A stretch of DNA of 64,000 nt from Dicyema japonicum (lineage: Eukaryota; Animalia; Dicyemida): contig RDEW01000004.1 in NCBI GenBank assembly GCA_011109175.1, positions 1,176,410 to 1,240,409 of the forward strand, given 5' to 3'. A program made the position numbers and the translations under genes. The stretch's first letter is position 1. Each line of letters begins with the position of its first letter. Under the pieces are notes generated by a model, which saw only the letters and a list, made by a program, of their open reading frames with translations, was not told the DNA's origin and ran no database searches. This document shows positions 1 through 12,841 of the stretch, one piece after another.

Positions 1-1030
1 TTGTGTTTGAAACTTCGTGTGTAACTGAGCCTGTCAACAGAGGTATCTTCGAGAAATCTGTACCACAATCTCTTTAAGGTAAACATAATTAAAGGTATGT
101 CTTTCCCATCTAAATACACATGGGAAATTTCTTGTGGCTGTGATTAAGAGCACGTAAAGTTGTCTCCTCAGCAAGACACTCGCGGGGACTTTTTGTGAAG
201 GTCATTAGAGACGTATGAAGTCATTTCTCCCATTAAAACATCAACGATGAATCTCTTGTGGAAGTAATTAGGGGTTATAATGTTGTCTCCCCCTCCAAAA
301 CATCCATTAAATTGTCGCAAGAATCACCGACAAGTTAGTATGGAACCACGGCAGTCAGGTGATCATGGCCTCCTTAAGCAGCCATCTCACCTTTGCTTGC
401 TGCTCGTCCCGCACTTTTTGTGTTCACATGCTACTTTTGGAAACTTGGAGGTTCTCCTCAGAAGTATTTCGAATGGAGTTGATCTTAGCAGCGATGAGAA
501 CCTTTGTAGAGCCGTAGTGACTGTTGCTCTAAAAAATTTGATCTTTTTTAGATTTGTATTTGACAGGTTTGTACCTCATGAGCACAGTCATAGCTGATTG
601 TCGGTTGTATGTATTGCTTAGAGAGTGAGTTCCAACGTTAAGTGAAGCAGCATTTGTAGTGTCCAAGGAGTGTTTTTAAAAAGTTCAGTTTTGATATTGT
701 TGCCGTGTTTACTGAATGTCATAAGGGGGTCGTACATGATACCCTGTAACTTAACTGAGATTATGAGAGGATATAGCTCCATTAAGGGTTAAGACCGGTG
801 GAGAGTTAGTTATTCTTTTATTTGAAAAAATTTTGTAATTGGGCAGCACAATATGAACATATAGCTGTGATGATTATATTGACATTATTTGCGAAAACTC
901 GTGTATCGTAGTTGGTCTGGGTGGCATATCATTCATGAAGAGGTTGAACAAAATGGGCGACAGAGGAGATTCCTGTAGGTCCAGTTGGGCCCTCAGTGAA
1001 GAATTTTGTCGGGGCTGTAAGATGAATTGT
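1..1030 (-). mobile_element. Degenerate non-LTR retrotransposon (LINE) RT fragments
   Basis: Minus-strand translation fragments resemble RT motifs, e.g. 'QESPLSPILFNLFMNDMP' near 930-990, followed by C-terminal LINE-like segments. There are many stops and frameshifts. Confidence 0.6.
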
Positions 1031-1136
1031 GGAGTCTCCCTTATCTATGAAATAATTTTTAGGTTAAACAAAAAATAATTTTATGGAAAAATAATTTCAA
1101 TCAAAACTTGGTTTAATTTTTTCATAATTGAAAAAA

Positions 1137-2658
1137 TTATAAAATTGTGGAAAATCTAATGTTCTTATTCGGATTAATTTTATGAACGACGAGAGCTGAT
1201 AGGTCGTTCAAAAAATTAATATTTTTCTTCAAACATTTATTCACAGATTCAGAAAAGTTGTCTGCCAAATCTTGATTGATAATATTTCCAACCTAAAATT
1301 AGTTTTAAATTAACATATTCCTTTAGTCCTGTGAAATTCTTGTTTTTCGCTAAATCATCTCTAGAATCCTCTTTCTTTCCGTTTCCCACAGCAAAGTGAT
1401 CCGTTTCATTACAAAAATCCTTAATCTGTGTTTGATTTACCACGGAAGGCTTTATGTTCTCAAAATCACTTATTTTTCTGGTTTCTTTCGTTTTATCAAC
1501 TTTTTTGTGCAAATTTGTGAGAATAGATTTTCTCACTTGGTCCGTAATGGTAGTTTCCATGTCAACAATCACGTACTCGTGGTCGTTTTCTATTCTTCCA
1601 TTATCCTCGATATCCTTTTTGATTGAAAGGTCGAAATTAAAGGGTTTTGTGGACTTTTGTGGCTGCCAATTTACAAAGCAATTTTGCTCCTTCGTTCTAC
1701 GGAAAATCATTAACTCTGTAAACTTTTTTATTTTAAGATATTTATCAATAAGCGGTAAAATAACTGACTTTTTCTTGGCTTTCTTCAAAAAGGGATGCTT
1801 CAATAAAAGGGAGGCTGAGGGTCTCTAAGAATATAAACCAAATCTGACATCTTTGGGGTCTTTATTCAAGCAAAGGTCAATAAATTGCTGAATTAAGGCA
1901 GAAAAAACAGAAATTGGGAGTTTAGGAGTGTCCCTCAAAGGGATGAGAAACAAAGCCTTCATTACATGCAGATTGTGAAATGGGGGATGACCTGTAGCCA
2001 TTTCTACGCATGTAATCCCAGTACTCCATATATCAACCTAATTAAATCAGAAATTGCTGCCTTGTAATTATATTCTGATTCTTTGATGATTTCAGGAGCC
2101 ATCCAAAGCGGGGTCCCAATGAAGGTATCAAATTTATTGAGAGTGTTTGTGAAGTTCCGACTGAAGCCAAAATCAGACAATTTCACATCGCCCGTAGCAG
2201 AAATGAGGACATTGGGCCGCTATAGTTCAAACTGGAAATTCTACATTTTATATCTCTGTGTATGATTCCGCAGTCGTGGAGATAAGCCAGTCCAGAGACA
2301 ATTTCCTTGCAGAATACTCCAATTTCATACTCTTTGAATATCCTCATTTTTATCATTTCCGAAAGAGTCCCTACTTCCATATACTCCATGACAATCCACA
2401 TGGTGGAATCCAGTCAATTCATAGACATATTACCTGTAGAAAGGCGTGGTAATATGTGACGATGTTGTTACATTTGCATTCCAACAAAATATTGATTTCG
2501 CTTTGGATATTTTCAATCTCAAAGTCGCCGAAATTCAAATCGACGATTTTCACTGCCACGTTTTTTTTTGAATTTTGTTCAACCGCTCGGTAGACTAAGG
2601 CAAACGAGCCTTGGCCAATTTTCTCTCTAAGTTCATAATTCTGAACATTCATGGCCAA
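1137..2658 (-). CDS. STE20-family (GCK-III/STK24-25-26-like) Ser/Thr kinase, 7 exons
   Basis: Motifs: GQGSFALV, VAVK, HRDIK-x-N, DFG, GTPLWMAPE, DIWSTG. Six tiny introns: 2411-2433 GT-TG, 2220-2244 GT-AG, 2038-2060 GC-AG, plus three GT-AG. There is one apparent extra base in the GGG at 2214-2216. Confidence 0.85.
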
Positions 2659-3569
2659 TTATTGAAAAAATTGCGCTTTGTGGAAATAAATAAAATACGA
2701 AATTAGCAAATAAACGCCAACGACGAAAATCTCGTCGTCACAAAGGAGTTAATTATTGCGGTCTCAGTTTTACCACAGAAAATATTCCTTTTTTACTGAA
2801 TTTAATCCTTTATAATAATTTCCAAACTGAAGGAACTATTATTGGGACACTATGACCTCAAACCAGTGACTTGATGCAGGACGAACAGATTACCCCTTAC
2901 CTTCGGAATCAATTTGATTGGCTAATATTTGGTTAAATCCGGTTTTATTTGATTTGAAAAAAATTAGGTTAATGTATTGATTATTTTAATTGCTGATTAA
3001 AACAATTAACTGTGATAGACCTAAGATAATCCTGTTCCATTGTGCCTGCGACGCTTGAATTCCTGAGTCGTCCAGATGCTGGTTATTTTCGCGAATCTCA
3101 CTTTGAGAGGCTGACTTTATTCTACTTTAATAAAAAATTTATCCCCAAAGATAATTAAAACAAAATTTATTTGTCAACAAATTCCCGCTAAATTTTTAAT
3201 TTTGTTAGAAAATACATACATTCTACACGTATTCTCCATAAAATTGATCAGCACACTTTATTGGGTTAGGCTTTGCTTTACCAAATTTCAACACACTTTA
3301 TTTTGTGTTTTATTGAAAATTTCTAGGTGAATTGATGTTTTGAGAAATTTTATCAATATCATTAACGTAATTGCATTATAATTACCTCAAGGTGTTACTC
3401 AATTACATTCCAACTGTACATGTAATAAAAAGGAGCTGATTAGAGTCTTTTATACCCCACGTGAAGAGTAACATAATCATAAAGTCAGTAGATTGATTAA
3501 GGAGACAATCTCAAAAACAGGAATCAAGGTTTGATAAGGAATAAGTTATGACGAAAGTTAGTTAATAGC

Positions 3570-5700
3570 ACTTCCGCGTTCCCATAAGCACGTAGGATGC
3601 CTAGGGGTTCGCTCGTGCCGTACACCCACTATCCTCCCAGTCAGCCTTCATCATCTAGCTCTGTTTCTCGCGCGTTTACGAATATCCTCAAGATCGTCTC
3701 CAGTTTTGAATTGACCGCCAATTCGTGCGTAATCGTTACTAAGGCAGAAGGGAAGCGTACATCTTAGCCGACCCCGAAATCCAATTCCATGATTTGAATA
3801 GTAATCTTCCATGATTTGATTGCAAGGAATCTCTTCATCCATTCTCAGAACATGTCCGAAAAGTCGCCAGCGTGAGGTAATTACTTCTCTGCTTATCGGT
3901 TTGCATTTACATAATTTGTAGAGTGTCGTTTTTGATAATCTGTGGCCATTTGATTCCCACAATTTTTCTCAAATGTGTCTAGTCTGTCAAGGTCAGTTTT
4001 TGATGTTCTTCATGTTCCCGAGTTATAATAGGACTGGTTGCATGAACGCGTTGTATAAGCGCATCCGAAGTTTAAGGAGATAAGTTTTCTGTGAGTCCAA
4101 ATACTCCACATGTTTTTCAGTGCACACGATGCCAACATCTTTCTACGAGCAATGTTTCAGCATCACCCAAAAACGAGCCGAGCATTTTAGTAAACCTCCA
4201 TTTCTCATCAATCCGTGTCGATGACCGCTTAATCGAAGTTAACTCTGTTTTTTCTGAATCGATCTTCAAAGACCACCTCTCCATCTACTGCAGTTCTTAG
4301 TACCTCCACATCCTCAGACACAAAATCGATGTCATCTGCATATATTAATTCCACAAAATGATTAAGTGACCCAATTCTTTTCTAACGTTCCTCAACGCAG
4401 CTTCCAAATAGATTGCAAAGAGAACTGGCGAAAGCGAGTCCCTTGCGGAATACCAATCCCGGTGGTGAATTTTTCCGAATAGCCCTTCCCCACTTTCACT
4501 ATGAGGCTCGTGTCAGCCAGCAAAAAACGCACAATCCTCAAACAGTCCTCATCAATTATGTTTGAGAACTTGCAGTAGTTTATCTCAGCAGACACAGTCG
4601 AATGCTTTCGATAAGTCGACTCCCAGAATATACATTGTTTTTCTGTACTTCTGACATATTGCCGTAAGCCACCGATGACTCCATACTATATCAGCGGTCG
4701 ATCTTCCTGGTCTGAATCCGCTTTGACTTGGTGACAAGATTGGTCAACTGAATTTGATATTCAATGTTGTAATCAACAATGTTTTTCGCAAAGTGGTCAA
4801 AAGCACGATCGGCCTGAGATTTTCAATTGGACCTGCAGTTTTGCCATGTTTTTGTAAAAAAGTAGAACTCCCATCGCGATGTCAATTGAAAAATGAGTCT
4901 CCTGAATATCGTTGAATATAAAGTATCTTTTCTGCTAACTGGGTTGGTGCGTATTTAAACAACTCTCCACAAATATTGCCATAGCCAGCTTCTCTGTTGT
5001 TATTCAGGCGAAGGAGTGCTCCGCGAATCTCGGAATCCGTAAACACGAGGCTGTCCTTAGAATTGTGGGAGAAGTAAAGTATTTTATCGATTGAACTGCT
5101 TGCTAAAGTGTTGGGCTATAAGTCCAGCAGAACGGTAGCGTCCAATACAAAGTGACCGAACTCATTTTGAATTTTTAAATTGGTTTTAGCTGACCCGCGG
5201 TTGAGTATACGCACAGCCATAAATATTTTTGCACCTGAAAGTAATCTTTCAACTTCCAGTCTTGATGAACGTATACAAACAATACATCGAGCCATGTTTC
5301 TCATATGCATGCGCCTCGTGGGGTCCGTCCATATCTTAGACAAATATGAGGAAAATTGAGGAAATGCAAAAGAGGGCTTACAGAGTAACGGAGCGTTGGA
5401 TTTGTGAAGATGTGCAAAGCCCATCCCATAATGACGTGAGTCAGATGGTAGTAGTATTAACCGGTAATTGTCATAGCATACATTTCGTTCTGTCACCTTC
5501 GTCACTTGCAGACATGCCACACCGGTTTTGTATCTTTCTAGATCCGTACATAGAATGTTCTGTTTGATGTTTGAGGCAATTCCTCCGACATTGAAAAATG
5601 TAATGGAAAAAAGCGTAGAGTGGATTGATCGAGAATACGATAAAGACATTACAATGAGAGTGATGTCAACCAACTCAACCAACACCGACGAAGTGTTACA
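3570..5700 (-). mobile_element. Degenerate RTE-clade non-LTR retrotransposon (APE endonuclease + RT)
   Basis: ORF 5116-5685 has an APE start (TFFNVGG...VACLQ...HYGMGF). RT remnants include 'GIPQG' and YADD-like text, and the RTE-type C-terminus is 'SRWRLFGHVLRM...FRGR'. The element is frameshifted. Confidence 0.85.
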
Positions 5701-5714
5701 ATAAATTATAATTT

Positions 5715-5870
5715 AAAGACCGTCGGTTGTCATGGACATAATGCCCTCTCGTGTAGAAGAAATGCAGGACGATTCCCGAGACACAAGGTGGTCAACGGAA
5801 TTGTCAAGCAAGCCTTAGAGTCTGTGGGATACCCGCCATACTCGAACTGCCCCTGTTCTGAGAAATAATG
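5715..5870 (+). mobile_element. CRE-type restriction-like endonuclease (RLE) domain fragment
   Basis: Plus-strand translation GHNALSCRRNAGRFPRHKVVNGIVKQALESVGYPAILE matches the CCHC/RH..N motif preceding the PD-(D/E)xK domain of CRE-like elements. Confidence 0.65.
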
Positions 5871-5945
5871 TCCTTGAAATGCCCGAGAGGTGATCATCAA
5901 GTCATCCACCGTTCTTACATCATCTTCAAAAACAAGTATGATAGC

Positions 5946-6038
5946 TGTTTGTCAGGGCAAAGGGAGTCCGTTAGCCGTCTAAGGGATTGGTTGCATGAGA
6001 CAGTTCTTGTTTAGTTGATGACCATCACTTACCTGCAA
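5946..6038. repeat. 93-bp direct repeat, copy 1 (probable target-site duplication of the RTE at 6039-7868)
   Basis: Identical to 7869-7962 except for one indel (gggattgg vs gggacttgg). Confidence 0.9.
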
Positions 6039-7868
6039 TTATATTATTATTTATTATTTAAAGCACTCCCGAGAAGTCATAAAATTAATCAAGCCTCCCT
6101 TGTGCCGTATTTCTAGCCATCCTCTCTATCAGCCTTTTCCAGGACCCTCTACTTCGTGCCAGTTCCCTTAAGGTATCTAGGTCGTCTGCGGAAGTGAGCT
6201 TCAGTCCCACAGCCGACAGGTCTCCATTCAAAATAGTTGGGAGTGTGACTCTTGGTCTTCCACGGAAACCGGCTCCCGTATGCATTAGGTAGTTTTCCAT
6301 GGCGATATTCGCGGGTACTTGAGCATTTAGACGTAAGATATGTCCAAAGAGACTCCATCTTGATCTGAAGATCTCCTCGGATAGTATACCAGATTTGCAC
6401 TTCGAGTAGAGGTCATTGTTTGAGATCTTCTTAGGCCACTTGATCTTGATTACTGATTTCAATTGTGTCCTGTGGAAAGCGTCAAGACGGTCCATCTCTT
6501 GTTTAGAGATTCCCCAAGTGCCTGAATTGTAGGTCAGGACGGGGATGACAAAAGCCTTATATATTCTGAGTTTGGTGTTTAATCCCATCCTCTTCTTATG
6601 ACCCCACATATTCGATACTTTCTTTAGTGCACACATTGCGAGGATTTTCCTCCGAGAAACATCTTCTGAGTCCCCGAGAAGCGAACCCACCTTCTTTTGC
6701 TTTCTCCAAGACTCGTCCGATCTTCGATCATTGCGTGTAAGTGTTGTGAACTCTGTTTTATCGGTGTTAACGGTTAAGAACCATTTCGAGAATACGTGTG
6801 GAAGAACGTTAAGCATGTGTTGAAGTACTTGAATATCCTCAGAAACAAAGTCCAGGTCGTCCGCGTAGATTATCTCGTTATAATTGTTGCCAACCAGGGG
6901 TCTGAACTCTCTTAGTGCGGCCTCAAGGTAGACAATAAAGAGGACCGGGGATAGTGAGTCCCCCTGTGGAACTCCACGTGAGGTCGAAAAAAAGTTAGAG
7001 GTAGAGTCACCAATTTTGACGGCAAGTTGAGTGTTCCGCATGAGTAAGTGTATTATTTTGACATCGTCAGGCAGTAGAAAACTCTCCAACACTTCCATAA
7101 GTTTTCCACGGTCCACCGAGTCGAACGCACGGGACATGTCGATACCAAGTATCTCAATAGATTTTTTGTATTTTTGGCACAGGGCACAATACCACCTGTG
7201 CCCCCATACCACGTCAGCCGTGGACCTGCCCGTCCGGAATCCACTTTGGCCGTCCGAAAGAAATATGTTCACCCTCTCCTTTATTCGGTTTAAAGCAATG
7301 AGGGATAATGTTTTTCGTATGGAGGTTAGGAGTATAATAGGTCTGAAGTTGTGAGGGGGGCCTTTACTTTTTCCCGGTTTTTGTAGTGGAATTAGCCACC
7401 CTTTTCCCAGTTCCAGTTCATCTGCACCCTCGAGAGACCGGTTGAAAATGTTAGTAATCATTTCAATTAGCTCCTCCGGGCCGTATTGTAAAAGTTCTGC
7501 AGTAATGAAGTCTGGTCCGGCAGATCTTCCGGTATTTAATTTTTTAATAGCTTGTTGAGTTTCGGATATGGTAATAGGGCTAGTTAGAGTGTACTTGTAA
7601 GACTTCCGAGATTTCATTGCTTGGTCAGCCGCGTCCTGTTTGTTGAACATAAGGTCAAAATGGGATGCCAGAACGTTTGCTTTGTTAATGGTTCCGATAA
7701 CGTCGTGACCAAGGTTGTCATGGACAGTTAACGAAATTGGACAGTTTTCTCTGCTAAGAAGCCGGATTGCTTTGAACATTCTTGGTCCGTTCTTGTACTT
7801 TAATATGTCTGAGATTTTCTCCTCAGCTTCATTTTTGGCAAGGAATCTTTGTATTTGTTTCTTTGTAT
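6039..7868 (-). mobile_element. 5'-truncated RTE-clade retrotransposon with intact RT ORF (564 aa, 6085-7779)
   Basis: RT motifs NFRPIILL, QSGFR, DMSRAFD, GVPQGDSLSP and YADD are all present, with an RTE-type C-terminus. A short 3' UTR ends in a TAA-rich tail. The endonuclease is absent and the element is flanked by 93/94-bp direct repeats. Confidence 0.95.
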
Positions 7869-7962
7869 TGTTTGTCAGGGCAAAGGGAGTCCGTTAGCCG
7901 TCTAAGGGACTTGGTTGCATGAGACAGTTCTTGTTTAGTTGATGACCATCACTTACCTGCAA
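7869..7962. repeat. 94-bp direct repeat, copy 2 (probable TSD)
   Basis: Matches 5946-6038. Confidence 0.9.
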
Positions 7963-8079
7963 CAAAATCAATATATGATAAATTTTTTAGTTAAAAATTA
8001 AATATTTTATTAATAATTTCCCACGATTAATTTTTTAATTTTTAGTAATGCTTTTGTGAGTTGTTGTGAGTACTACCCA

Positions 8080-9625
8080 ATACTCAAGAACAACAAAGCC
8101 TCCTCCTTGCCCTCTTCGTTCAGGCCAATTTCCTTAACATCTGTTGTCTCAAAAATCCTCGAAAGGATCATTCTTAACGAAATCACTCCCTACCTCGACC
8201 TCTCCGATTCATAACATGGTTTCCGTCCTTTACACTCGACCACCACGCACTTACTGACACTAACCCAATACATCTCCAACGGTTTCAACAACTGCAAACC
8301 CCCGGAACGAACTGTCTTGGCCTCTATTGACCTAACTAAAGCTTTCGACAGAATCTCCCGTGTGGTCCTCTGCAACAAGATCTATTCTACAAATATTCCC
8401 TCTGTATGGAAGTCATGGCTCACAAATTTCCTCTCGGGAAGACTGGGCCATACGTGTCTATATTCAAATATATCAAGATATCGACTCCTACCAAACGGTG
8501 TTCCCCAGGGATCAGTCCTTTCACCCTCACTTTTCAACCCTTTACGTCAAAGACATCCCAACAACCCAAAATACGTTACTATTGACATATGCGGATGATC
8601 TAGTAATCGCATCCAGGAGTGGCGATGTTCGACTGGCCACCGAAAAAGTGCAGTACCACCTGAACTTGCTATCCGACTGGATGAACTTAAACTGGATGAG
8701 TGTTTCCACCTCGAAGTCATCAGCTACCCTGTTCACAACCGATCGAAGACAATTCAACCTAAACCCCACACTCTCGTTGGGAGACGAACCACTCCCCTTA
8801 AATAAATACCCGAAGATCCTTGGAGTTGTCTTCGATCCTTCACTCTGTTTCAACAGACAAGTGGAGGAAGTAATGACAAAAGCCAAGCGGAAACTTAACA
8901 TATTACGGGCAGTAGCTGGCCACTCAAACGGTCAGCAAAAAGAAAACTTAACTCTTCTCTACAAACAGTTCATCAGGACTACACTCAACTACGCCTCACC
9001 AAGTTGGGCCCCCTCAATCTCCTTGTCCCTTTCTCAAGAACTGCAGAAAGTGCAAAACTCGGCGCTGAGAATAATAACTGGCTGCTTAAAGTCAACCCCC
9101 ACCGACCATTTACATTGGGAGTCGAAAATCCTCCCGCTCTATGACCACCTGGAAATGCGTAATTTACAATTCCTACGGCAGTCGTTCGACCCGAATCACC
9201 CAGTTCACGCTCTGCTAAGTAACAATAACCGCAGATACATACGCAGGACCCTCTTTGACCTACAAAGAGCCTTGTCGAAGATCACCCCCCTCAAGAAGAC
9301 TCAACTTGGACCCGCCGAATCCATGATTTCATCTCGACACGGGCCATTAGGACACTTCAATATAACAAAGTCTTGGAGCGCTTCCCCCCTGATATCAGTC
9401 CAACGGAACAATCGCTCCCGAGGAAGATCAGAATCGGACTGGCTCGCCTACGATGTGGACACCACCCTTTCCTGGCTGGCAGAGTAGTTCGGGACCTTTT
9501 TCCCTGCCCTGGACCACCGGATGCAAAAGTCGAGGATCTCTGGGAGCGGCCTGTCCGGACTGCACGCTCTCTGATGGTCGCCGGCTTCCCACTTGCTGGC
9601 GAAGCCGGGGTTAATAATTTAATTT
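8080..9625 (+). mobile_element. 5'-truncated LINE (APE-RT type, I/Jockey-group-like) RT and C-terminus
   Basis: Motifs IDLTKAFD, GVPQGSVLSP, YADD, KILGVVFD, LYKQFIRTTLNYASPSW and RIGLARLRCGHHP. One frameshift occurs near 8540. The element ends in ggggttaataat. Confidence 0.9.
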
Positions 9626-9699
9626 GTTGTGAGTACTATTCATGGTGGCGCTCAGTGTAGAATAACACTAAAAAGAACCATTTGCTCTTCCCCACCCAG

Positions 9700-11900
9700 A
9701 CTCCTTATGCCTGGATGGTATACCTCAACTGGAAACTCGAGATGTTGTTTGTTTCCCCTGGATTCTACTGCTTTCTGGAGATATTGAACATCTTATTCTA
9801 ATCAACATTTACATTCCACCGCCGGGATCCTGTCCTAATAACTATGTTCCGAAGCTCGACAAACTACAAGAAATTCGAAATGTGTTACTATGTGGGGATT
9901 TCAACGCCAAACATCCCCAGTGGCTCAGTACCCAGTCGGCAGACAAGAGGGGGAGTCTAATTATTGACTCTCGAAAAAAAATCTGAATTACCCGAACATC
10001 TTCACAAGGACACCAGTCCGAAGAAATGACAACTCAACCTCCCCCTATATATCCTTTGCTTCTTCTAGGATTGCCCCGAAGATTTCATGGAACGTCTCCT
10101 ACGATTTTCATAGTGATCATAATCCGATTATATTAAAACTGAGCCAATTCAATAACTCACGTAGAATTAAAGCAACCTTCAAGGTCTACAAGAAAGCTGA
10201 CTGGTCGAATTTCAAGCTCTTCATTGACCATAACCTAATACATTTTGATCCCACCTCATTTTGCTCCATCGACAAACCAGTGGATCATCTAAACCATGTA
10301 TTCCTTCGAGCTGAAAAGTTGTTTGTATCACCCACGTACAGTTTACAAATCTTACAAGCCTACTCTGGACTCGGACACTCGTCTCCTCGTCAAACAAAGA
10401 AACTCCCTGAAGATGAATCATCAGCAAACCTCTTCTGATTTGGAAAATATAAAATGCTTAAATCAGAGAATTACAAAACTCATCAGAGAAAAGAAGGATC
10501 GGGCGTGGAATCGCCTATCATCATCTATTGGACACGTGAAATCCACGAGTCTAAAACCAGGAAAACCGAAAACCTTACCTTCTTTCTTCCGAAAAATTTC
10601 ATTAACGTGCGTCAACAGATCCCACCCGTGAGGCGACGAGTCCTTCTGGCACGATACAGTTGTTAAAAGGGATCTTCCTACCTTTCTCTCTGACCAAACC
10701 CTCTGATGAAGATTGGATTATGAAAACTATTCCGCTAAAGAGTGAAGTGATGTCCGCGGCGGTAGGACGTGGGACAAAAATGGAAAAGCCTGTACCTACT
10801 TCTCCATTTCTCTTCGGAAGCGGAAACCTGTAATGAAGTATTGGAAGATGGATTTGGTCGGCACAAGCAGACGTTCTCCCTTTGGTGGTTCCTTGGATTA
10901 GTTAGTTATGATTGTTTGTGCTGGGCTTACAATGGTAAGCCTGGGGTTAATAATTAACGTGCGCATTATCGCGCCTAATGGAGAAACTCGTACTATGGAA
11001 AACTAAACCCCATTTGCCCGACTGTCACTTTCGACATGGTTTCAAATGTGAGCGTTCAACTACGACACGTTTGACCTCACTGTCTCAATTTATATCAGAA
11101 GGGTAAATTTTATGTTTCTCACATTAGTCTCTATTTTAATTATGAGAAGGGTTCAACGAACCGAAACGCCATCTACCGACAATATTGGTCTCCCTGGACA
11201 TCAGAAGGCGTTCGAATCTGTCCCGAGAACATTATTCACGAAAAAGGTTTTTGACACCACCATTCAGCCGGCTTTGAAAAGATGGATAGCCAATTTTCTT
11301 TCCGAAAAGAGGAGGTGTCTGTATTGTCCATGCAAGATCGAAGTCCCGTCTTCTACCAAATGGCGTCCCTCAAGGATCGCTCCTCTCTCCGGGGTTATTC
11401 AATTTATTCCTCAACGATTTACATTGCCCTGGAGGATCAGATTCAATGCTTCTTACATATGCTGACTACTTGATTATCGCTAGCAGGAACAAATACGTGG
11501 ATATGGCAAAATCAGAGCTTCAGTCAAATATTGACGACCTGGGAGCCTGTTGAAGTTGAATCGTCTCTCCATATCCAGGGATAAATCAACGTATACTATC
11601 TTCACCACAGACAGAAAAGAAAAATATACAATGGACTTGAACATATTTGGAGACTTTTTACTATTAAAGATTCATCCAACTATCTTGGGAGTGACATTTG
11701 ACCCTTTGATGACATTTTCTCAACATGTGAAGAACGTTATAACAAAGGGTCTCAGGAAACTGAATATAATGAAACCTCTCTTAAAGTCCAGGCCGTCACG
11801 GGAATGCGATGTCGTCTGTTCAATCAACTTCCCAAACCGACGGTAGAGTATGCTTGTGCCTCATGGGCCTATGGAGCTTCAATATCCAATTCATACAAGA
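9700..11900 (+). mobile_element. Degenerate LINE (EN + RT) interrupted by a nested insertion
   Basis: EN motifs NIYIPP, GDFNAKH and SDHNPI are present. Removing 10612-10963 restores the RT1 motif 'FRKISLTCALSRLMEKLVL'. Downstream RT remnants follow (ILGVTFDPLMTFSQHV). Confidence 0.8.
10612..10952 (+). mobile_element. LINE 3'-end insertion (~340 bp) with 11-bp TSD
   Basis: TSD attaacgtgcg occurs at 10601-10611 and 10953-10963. The same sequence family is at 36790-37140 and 38290-38380. It ends in ggggttaataa. Confidence 0.85.
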
Positions 11901-12539
11901 TTAACTCTTTAACAGAATAACTTGCACGTCCAACAAATCCACCCCCGATCTTTCTTCTTTCTTAGTGTTCCCTTTTCGGGTTATTAAATAAATAAAATTC
12001 ATGCGGAAAACAGTTAGTCTTTTTTATCTACCTCAAAATAAAGAAGAAGGGTTACTGGCAAATTTTTGAGAGAGGTATGTGCACATGAATTAATCACCTC
12101 GTTAAAATCGAAATCGGTATTATCTGTTTAATTAACGATAGATAGTGAAGGAATGATAGTAGAGAATGATGAAAGTCTATTTTCTAAGCAAATAAATACT
12201 TATGGAGCATTATTCTTACAGCAATCTAAAATATGGCAGTTGGTTAAAAACTTATATAAGACAGAACACTAAACATCCCCCAATCATACCTTGCAGAACG
12301 TCACTGGGACTTCCCCAAGATGGCAAAGTCCCCTGATCATCCCCTCGGGCCGGACGACTCAAACTATATATGGACGCCTGCCCGAGATATGAGAAGAAAC
12401 TTTCGCCGTTGTGGAGATTAATCCAGAACATCAAAACTAATCGCAGGAAAAGTACTGGTATGGACACCGGGATCACTTAATTAGACGATAATTTTTATCC
12501 TCTTCGGGGTTAATAAATATGGTAGCGAGGATATTCGAC

Positions 12540-12780
12540 TAGCAATCTTCAAGACATAGGTTTCGAATGACTGTCAATCATCGTTATACCTTTATTGACC
12601 CGAGTACAAGTGCCCATACACAACATATAGAAAGGTTTAATCTCACTAAAATTATTTCAGAATGTGGGGTAGTGCTTCATAAGAACTTCGAATTCAAAGC
12701 ACTATTGGTAGCAATAGGGAATTTTTAGCCCCGACATTCAATTTCTTTTTGAATAAATTTATTGATAATATTTATTTAAA
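12540..12780 (+). mobile_element. Merlin/IS1016 (ISXO2-like) transposase fragment with a 26-nt intron
   Basis: TVNHRYTFIDPSTSAHTQHIER | GT-AG intron 12635-12660 | MWGSA matches the Merlin 'VNH...DP.T..HTQ.IE..W' motif. A premature stop follows. Confidence 0.7.
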
Positions 12781-12841
12781 ATGATTGAAAGGTTGAAATT
12801 ATTTATTTAAAAAAAAATAAATATTGATAATACTTTTCGTG

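Noticed and set aside
6020-6038. CACTTACCTG resembles the U1 snRNA 5' end; on the other strand, CAG|GTAAGT suggests a spliced-leader donor
   Set aside because: There is no U1 stem-loop or Sm site downstream. The 93-bp repeat is better explained as a TSD.
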